Part shown: positions 51,658-64,000 of the stretch, in pieces
How the letters are laid out: every line of letters starts with the position of its first letter
Numbering within the stretch: position 1 is the stretch's first letter
Assembly (NCBI GenBank): GCA_964304625.1
Contig: OZ199839.1
Location: forward strand, 4,854,837-4,918,836
Direction of reading: 5' to 3'
Length of the DNA: 64,000 nucleotides
DNA from: Kudoa neothunni
Taxonomy: Eukaryota; Animalia; Cnidaria
Made by a program: the position numbers and the translations under genes
The notes under the pieces: generated by a model
Databases searched by the model: none
Seen by the model: only the letters and a program-made list of their open reading frames with translations
What the model was told of the DNA's origin: nothing

Positions 51658-54475
51658 TCCTTCCAGCCCGGGGTGGGGTATTTGTCATACCCCAAAAGAA
51701 GCATTTTCTGTTTTATTCATAGAACGAGAATTTTTTCGCCACAGAATTTTTAGAATGCTCCTACGAACTTACAAAGCTCACATTTAAACAAAAAAATTAT
51801 ATTCGAAATTTTATAAACTAAAAATTATATACTTGTATAAGTCGAGAGATAATTATTTCTTAACTAATGTATCGCTAATTTGTATTTAATATATACTTTA
51901 ACATCATTTAATCATTAAAATTCCTATATTACTAGCTCGAAAAGGCATGTTTTCATCAAAGTAAAACTGATTGGGTATTTACGTAAGTTAATTCGATAAT
52001 ACTTTATCAATCTAGCGGCTGGTGCTCACTCCCAATTAGTATAAATATTCCAGTTATTAAGGTAACTTCATGTATTGAATTAATTTAATTTTTTGATATT
52101 AAGGAATCCGTTGAGATCTCATATAGTATAGGCTCCCAATCCGCCAATGGATAATGAGAATTATCATTTTTATTACAATGTTATGTATGAGATTAGGCGA
52201 AAAATTTATTTTTAAAATTTTGGAATAAATTTTGATTTGCTCCGAATGAGAAGAGCTAATAACATTTTTCGAGACCAATTTCGAAGAAAAACCTGTAAAA
52301 ACGCTAAAAATGGGGGATCCACACGCTCCACAATTACCGTTTTATTTAATCTTATTTAAAATGATTACTAAATGTTCATCCAATCATTCAAACCATGGCA
52401 TAAAATTTTCTTAATGGAAGAAACATACGTTTTTCTGAAAACGGAGGACGAGGCGTCACTTTTGAGGGATTAGGGGGCCTATACTAAAGTTCAACCTATT
52501 ATTGTTGCTATTAGTTTCCTCTATTTAACCCACATTCATTTTCACATAGATTCTTTAATTTAAAACAACTTGATTTCCGCAATTAGCTATATTACGCACG
52601 CACAAGTGGATCCAAACCAGACGAGAGATATAATTCGATCATACCGATAAAATACGGAGGACGGAAAACTTATGATGTTTCTCGTTAGCAATAATGTTTG
52701 CTAATGATGATGTATTCATGTTTCGACCACATTTATTGGTCTACGTGGCTTATATTATTGTTTGCGTGAAAAATTGGGGAATTTTCTGGTTGTACGCTCT
52801 TGTAACTACATTTTATAAGGTTTCCCGATCAAAGTGGGAATTGTTGCAATCAAACCGAGAACTGTTACAATTAATGAGACTCATTTTAATTAACTTAAAC
52901 TTAAATTTCGCATAAAAACTATTCAATAATATATTCGAATAAAAATATATTCCTGGTTTGTTATTTCCCTATATTCAGCCTTTTGGAGATACCTTAGCAT
53001 TTTTCTGAAGACGCCATCATAATGAGAAACGGTAATTTCGTCAAATTTATTAGAGATTAACTCCTTAAGTTCCATTTCATTTTTGGCTTCTCCACTTATT
53101 ACCAAATTTTTCCAAACAGAAAATGTATTTTCTATTGGATTCAGAAATGGGGAGTATGGTGGCAAGAAGAATAACTTGAGTCCGAGCATGTTTATAGTGT
53201 CTTTTAGTCCTTTATAATGGTGAATACGCGCATTGTCCAAAATAAAGATAGGATCGTTAATGTTTTTTAAAGTACATGCCTCCTTTATTTCAATTAGACA
53301 ATTTTTAAAATCCTCTCCGTTCACCGCCTTGTCGTGAATCTTATGAAATATCATTCCACATTTATTCATGGCTGCCATTATTGAAATGTTTCTGCTTCTT
53401 GCGGCCGAAACAGAAACATATGTAGAAGCACCACGAGCAGCCCTTCCATTTTTTGGTCGCGTAACAACAGCAAACCCCACTTCATCCATAGAGATAAATG
53501 TTTTATCCCCCGTGTCCAGCTCGATTTTTCTAAAATCCTTTGCGTAGGTATATCTAGTTTCGATTGTAGACACAATTTCTCCGCTCAGGAATCGGTACAG
53601 TACACTTTATAGTATCATGAAAATTTTGAAGTATTCTGTCAACTGTGCTTTTGCTCACGGAAATATTAAATTTTTCCTGAATTATTCTTTTCATATCATT
53701 CAGCCTCAATAAACAATCAGAGTCAACCTATGATAAAATTTCATGTTTTTGATCATGGGACAACTTTGACTTTTTATCGCCACCACGGTTCTGGATACGT
53801 ATGCAACCACTCTTGTTATAATTGTTTATAATTCTCCAAACGGATTTATAATTAATGGAAAGATCTTCGGATATTTGTTTCGTAGATTTTCCTTCGAGTG
53901 ATTTGTTGGTAATTTTAACTCTATCTTCATCAGAGATAGTAAAAATCATTTTTTATTTTGGATATTTTCTGAGTTTAGTTCCATCCTAGTATCAAAAGTT
54001 TACGGCGAAATAAATATAAATAATATATTTTTAAATAAGCCCATTATAATTAAAATATAATTATTTACTTTATGAATCAAAGAACGTTAAATCTTGACTT
54101 GATCTGGAACTATTACGTGCAAAAATTAGGGAACCCCCTCTTTTAATTTATATCGCGGAGGTCGAGGATGGAAGCTAATGTTGTTACCGTTAGTTAAACA
54201 ATAAACGGAATAAAAATTATTTTATACTACGACAAATTTAATCTAAACCTTCTTGCATTAATTGCAACAATTCTCACTATGAACGGGAAACCCTATATTG
54301 TATTTGCAATATCGTCGTGTTATTTATTACTGGGGCTAAAACACCTATCAATGTTAACGTTTAATAGTATATAGACTCAGCAGTTTAAATTGACTAAGGC
54401 ATATTTTTGCTGGGGTACGGCAGCTACCCCACGTAGGACCACGCGTAATTTTTCTTGACGCAATACGGGAAAGGG
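51658..54475. mobile_element. piggyBac-type non-autonomous element
   Basis: TTAA-TCCTTCC...GGGGTATTTGTCATACCCC left end and GGGGTACGGCAGCTACCCC...GGGAAAGGG-TAA right end; same architecture as the 10099 element. Confidence 0.7.
52816..54295 (-). mobile_element. IS630/Tc1-type DD34E transposon
   Basis: About 35-bp imperfect TIRs TAAGGTTTCCCGATCAAAGTGGGAATTGTTGCAAT with TA flanks; transposase 53949-52923 (HTH, MDEVGF, LDNARIH, PYSPFLNPIE, 34 residues between D and E); one stop and one frameshift. Confidence 0.92.
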
Positions 54476-55334
54476 TAACCGCTCCGGTGGGACGCGGAAA
54501 ATGATGAGATAAGTTGACAGTATGACGTACTCTGGGGTGAATATCGCGAATTTATAAGTGACGATTAATATCATAATAAATACAAAAAGCAATGAGTATA
54601 TAAAAATTAATAATAATATTTAACGTGTCCTTCACCTGAATAGAATCATATATCCCCTTTTTATGATTAAACCTAATATAATATTGATTAACTTTGCATT
54701 TATATTATTTTCGGTTCATAAGCTCAGTATACACGTAAGTCTTTCCTAATGAAAGTTGAATTATCACGAGTTTTATTTAATGCTGTTGTTGGCGGAATGA
54801 AGAACTAAAGATGTTAATTTTTAAGGTCCATCAATAAATTAAGCATGCCCGATCGAACACATTTTAATTTTAATGAAAAAAGAAATATATATTAATTGCT
54901 TTCAAATTTTTATGCGATAGGGAGCTTTATTCAAAATTATCAACGGTTTAGGTTAAAGAATCAAGACTTTTAAAAGTAGTGGGACACAGAACTTTTTTTC
55001 ATGAAAAAGTGGGCACGATAGAAAAAAGGTTTGGAACACTGATATAAATGATTATTCATATTCCATACAAAATATTTTGGCCTATTAACAACTAAAAATA
55101 TTTCATTTGGTATTCAAGTAATTGTTTGTCTTAGAATATATTAGAAATCGCAATCGAATGATCTCAAATTCTGTCAAAAAGGTAATTTAAATCAAGCTCT
55201 GCAAACAAGTATTTAATGAAAGAATAATTTGAGAATATTCAAAACTAAGTATTAGATTGGGAATCACGCAATATCAAGACTTCATCGAAATAAATAAACT
55301 AGAAGAACTAGGAGCGATGATAATTTTTACGGTG

Positions 55335-59565
<4,231 letters not shown>

Positions 59566-60296
59566 AACTTTGATCACAGCACCATCAACTACAGGATTTG
59601 ACCCGCTCGAATCTGTGGCCACGCACCATTATCCTGCGTAGCGAGCTGGAATTTGTTTTTGTCAAATTCTTATTTATCGTATTTACTTTAGTTAAAAATG
59701 TTGCGGACTAACGATTCAACACACTCAAACTTATTAGCTTATCGTAATTAAAGTTTGGTTTGTTTGCTCCTTTTCTATTTGTATCTATTAGTATGTTATG
59801 CTAAGTATTTGAAGAATTTTGGCAACATATTCCGTAGCAACTTTATATTGTAAATTTATTCGTTTTCAATATATAGTATGGTCATTGGGAAGAACTATTT
59901 TATACTGTAATTTTTTAGGTTCGTCGTATCTTTATGTATTAAATTATCGACAAATGATAAAATAATGAAATGAAATAAGAAAAATATTATCTATAATTAT
60001 AAAAATTTTTCATTTAAAGTCTAAGTAGCGGTGGGATATTGATTAGTATGGACGCTAAGATTTTTTAAAATATCGCTAATTTTTCCAATTAGAATTATTA
60101 AATTTTAAATTTAATTAATCTTTATTATAGCTGTGGAAATAAAGTGTAGCTCATACGCGGAAAAAATAGAAATTTATGTTTACTTTACGCTCTCCCCCAA
60201 GGCAGTGATAATGCGCATTCAAATTTGTATCGAAAAAAATCGTAAAATCCCGACTCATTTTGTTTCTGTGAATATAGTGTCTGTTAAATTGTTATA

Positions 60297-61601
60297 CAGT
60301 CGGCAACCGATTTTACTCACATTTTTTAAAACAACTTAGTGGTTCTCATATTAAATGAGTATATTCTAAGGTTTATTTTAATTAATATTCCCCATTTTAC
60401 AAATATAAAATCTTCATTTAATATCAAATAACTCCAAGGTACGTAAAATCCGTAATGACCCTTTTTACGTACATTTTTATTCCGATTTCTATACCACTTG
60501 CGGATTTTACGCAATCATTAGCTATTATCACTGATAGCCAGATGCGTTGAACATTTAAAGAAAAAACAATTAATATTCGGCAATTCAAGATTTCCACATT
60601 ACATTCTTTTTATGAAATAGAAAAGGATGATATTGACGAAACGATACTCGAGGAGAGTTAAAATTCATTCCCTCCTTCGGCTCCCGCCGGTTTCCCGCCA
60701 TCGGTAATGATCGGGTCACGTTTCATAACATATGAACCCAATAAAATCTAATTTACTTTAGTTAGACGTACTTAAACAAAATTTATCCAATGCAAAAAAT
60801 ATGATATTTATTATTTTAAATATTAAAAAATCAAAAATAAAGTGTCAAATTATGTGCCCAAAAAATAACATGATACAAGCTAATGCACATTTTTAACATT
60901 AAATTTGAAAATTATATATAAATGAATATTTTTAATAGTTTTTAGATGAATAAAAATTACTTATCATGCCATTTCTTTTTTAATTATTTGATAAATATGT
61001 TCATAATCATTCTAAAAAATAAATAAAATCTCTCAGGATGATCCTTGAAGTAACACAAGTCTTCAAAACTTAGGTTATCTAAATTTTTGTAAGTGAAGAT
61101 TGCAGGAAGCATAATCCGGAAAATGCAAGCAGTTGGAAACCGGCGGACTCTAAAGGGGGAGGAACTGAACTTTAACCCTCGAGTAAGAGATTATAAAAGA
61201 TTAAATGGTTGGTATTAATGAAAATAAGGACGTTAAGTAATCAATTATGAAGGATCTCGAACAGGACGAGATTAAAAAAACACCTATAAAGTTTCATAAA
61301 GGAAGAAATTGATTGTGTACAAAATTTAAAGCACATACCAAAATAGGTGGTAATAGAAAATAAAGTTTATTAAATATCATTGAAGAATATTCGACAATTG
61401 AAAGTAACAGAATTTTGTCCATGTTTTAGAAACCAAATTAAAAATTCACTATTATTGTGTACATATAAATATAAATTAATAAAGTTTACTCAATTTATTG
61501 ATGTTATTTTTAAAGTCCGTGATATAGTTTTAACAAACGGAAATCTGTTTTTTTGTTTTGCGCACGCGTCACACTGGTAAATGATAATCGGTTACCCACT
61601 G
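60297..61601. mobile_element. Tigger-like deletion derivative containing a Merlin derivative
   Basis: TA-CAGTCGGCAACCGATT and AATCGGTTACCCACTG-TA ends; RQLKVTEF C-terminal trace. Confidence 0.7.
60656..61177 (-). mobile_element. Merlin non-autonomous deletion derivative of the 39657-41090 family
   Basis: Both ends and subterminal blocks match the 39657 element in reverse; 9-bp target duplication CTCGAGGAG/CTCGAGTAA. Confidence 0.85.
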
Positions 61602-61764
61602 TAGGAACGTTTTTAAACTTTAAACATTAGGAAATGCGGTTATAGTTGATCCTGATTTTAAACTGATAATTGATTTTTAAGTTGTGGTATTAAACATTAT
61701 TCAAAATGGCTATAACATTATCAAAAGAACGATAAAATAAGTATAATTGGCTCTTAACATAAAA

Positions 61765-61970
61765 GGACCTCGGCCTATTCAAGGCCAAAGTCAGCGTGGT
61801 CGGGCAAGGAAACCCAAGCGAAGGGGGGATTTTGCACTAGTTAGTTATATAAATCATCCGTTAATTGGGTAATCTTTGTACTATTTATTTAAATACTCTT
61901 AATTTACTTTGAACTTCATATGACCTCGGCCGGGCAAGGAAGCCTACGCGAAGCGGGGCTTTTGCGCTAG
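61765..61970 (+). repeat. Two tandem Helitron-like 3' ends
   Basis: CCCAAGCGAAGGGGG...CACTAGT and GCCTACGCGAAGCGGGGC...CGCTAGT; homologous to 35600-35738. Confidence 0.7.
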
Positions 61971-62652
61971 TATATTATATGCGAAGGAAAATAACATCTG
62001 TTTTTGGTTTATATTTTTGTATAAAAGTAAAATAACTACTGTGTAGACTTCACGCAACATTGAATGTTAAATTTTTTGTTATAAATACAAAAATAGAAAT
62101 ATATTATGTTATATTAATTCGAATTTGTTGGTGGTGAAAGTTTGATAAAAATGTTCGTTAAACTTATTTGTGTAACCTGAATGATAAAGTAAAAGAAATT
62201 TTCTCGAGTATGTACCACGCTCAAATTTCATTGTAGAGAGAAACTAAAATTAAAATTGTCGATTGTGAATTAAGACACATTGTAACTTTTAACCTTCCCT
62301 GAATTAACTTTCGAAACAAAACTAAAACGCGTGGGGCGCTAGACTGGGGTATTTCGTGACCCCAGACGAAATATGCTTTAAGCTTATTCAATTCATCTCA
62401 ATTTTATATATTGTAAACAGTACACCCAGCTTAACAATTCCACAGAAAATATACAGCGGATTGCTGATTTTCATCATCAAATAGGATAGAAACCTAGGAT
62501 GAATGAACATTTATGCAGTAAACTCCAGATGCATCCACTGGTGTGTAGAAATTTTCTCGGTGGTTGTCGGTGATATAATAAAATTTAGGATTTGTGTTAT
62601 TATCAAGTGAATCGATATTCTATGAGACAAAAAAGCGGCTAATGTGGAGTTC

Positions 62653-63669
62653 AGACACGTAATTAATCCGAACTAATCCCTTTAATCTTTGGAGCGCATG
62701 TAATAACAAACAATAATATTCAAAATGTGTAAATAATACTGATTTGGTTTAATGTTTCTTGAAATACTCTATTAATAAATTTTTTCTTAAATATATATAT
62801 ATATATATAACGACAGATACGATGGTATAAGCCCAGGGGATTTATTCGTAATATGGCGAAACCTTCTTTTGCAGGCTCCCCACGTAGCTTCGATTCTATT
62901 GGTGTGCACACCAGCTTCAGTGGCGAACTCTATGCTATGGTTGACAGTTTCATGGAGAAAACCATGCGTATCAAGACGCTTGTAATCTTTCCAGCAGTCA
63001 GCCCATATTATTGATCCCCTTTTCCACATTCCCAAGAATTATTTGGTGTATTGTTGGCAGATCCCGCTTGGTTGTAATTTTCATGAAAACATTGCCGTCT
63101 TCATCTATTCCTTCCACAATCCATCGATCTTGATTAGCTAATATCCTTCCCACGTTATTCTTCCTTTTACCAAGTTTGGATTCATCGATCTGAACGATAA
63201 TCCCATCTCCACCGACCTTTTGGGAATTCTCAATTACATGGTTCGAATATATATCCCTAATAAAATTCTTCCAATCCACAATAGTTTTGAAACTGATGTA
63301 AATGACTTCTTCATAAAAAGAGTCTTTACGGACAGTAATATACTTTCTACAGTTATTACAACATACAACTGTTTTTCTCAAAAGTCCAATGAACAAAAAA
63401 TTCGATGCAATACTATTTATTTAACTTCAAACAGCCGAGGAAGAATGATTCGATATTGTTCACATCAATTGATTCAATCGCGGGCAAATGCACAATTACA
63501 TTCATGTTTTAATTTTAATCCTTAACATGAGCGCGAAAGATTACGATCAGGTATGCGCGGGATTACGTTCCTAAACTCCACATTAGTCAAAAAAGCATAT
63601 AATATTTTATTATGATATTTATTTTCAGGTAGATGTAATGAATGGTCGCGATTAAAGTTTAGAATGTCC
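62653..63669 (-). mobile_element. Merlin transposon, frameshifted
   Basis: VDWKNFIRD, IVQIDESKLGKRK, IWADCWKDY, HTNRIEATW; boundaries approximate. Confidence 0.85.
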
Positions 63670-64000
63670 CCAACCGCCGCGAAAATATGGGGAGCGAAGA
63701 CACCCGACCTATACAACTTATTATTTTATGAATAATTGCAACATTTTTAATAAAAATTATAAATTAAATTTATAACATCAATAATCTGTTCTAATACTAC
63801 GGTCTTATGGATTCTTCTGAAGTACTACTCAGCTATATACAATGATATCATCGATTTTTGTTTTTTGGTGATGCTTCGATATTTGCGTTTGAACGCGCTC
63901 CATATACCTCCGATTCGAGGCTAATTTACAATATACGTGTCTGGCTTTCGTAATGTTTCGTCTTCATGGGGTACACGCGCGTTGGCCGAATCCTGAAAAA

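Larger units (their letters stand above)
51570..55041. mobile_element. hAT non-autonomous element (same family as 41587-42266, inverted), split by nested insertions
   Basis: Ends CAGTGATTCCC and TTGGAACACTG; 51620-51650 and 54478-55041 match the 41587 element in reverse orientation. Confidence 0.8.

Noticed and set aside
54380-54560. GC-rich hairpins with Sm-site-like ATTTTTG, suggesting an snRNA or spliced-leader RNA
   Set aside because: Explained as a piggyBac end joined to hAT MITE internal sequence that also occurs at 42120-42225.

Overview
AT-rich eukaryotic nuclear DNA. Compact host genes with short GT-AG introns (mostly about 40-65 bp) form transposon-free islands inside a heavily nested transposon landscape. 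The tiny introns, divergent proteins and transposon mix suggest a fast-evolving animal parasite such as a myxozoan; this is inference only. Host genes: an endosomal-type Na+/H+ exchanger, an unresolved multi-exon gene, a single 5S rRNA, ER Hsp70-family chaperone HYOU1/GRP170, riboflavin kinase, NAD(P)HX dehydratase, an RPS27A/eS31 fusion gene and the DNA polymerase delta catalytic subunit. Mobile elements: piggyBac, pogo/Tigger, Tc1/IS630-type DD34E, Merlin (ISXO2/IS1595-type), hAT, MULE, Helitron-like non-autonomous elements, two solo LTRs and a tRNA-derived SINE. Most notable observations: (1) the ubiquitin moiety on eS31 is a 76-aa domain only about 28% identical to ubiquitin, keeping G47-K48 and the terminal GG but losing the hydrophobic patch; (2) piggyBac and Tigger transposases carry host-style mini-introns; (3) a 364-bp solo LTR holds a long-stem structure next to a CUGAUGA motif; (4) the HYOU1 KDEL signal lies one base out of frame. 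All alignments and translations were done by eye; no database searches were run.
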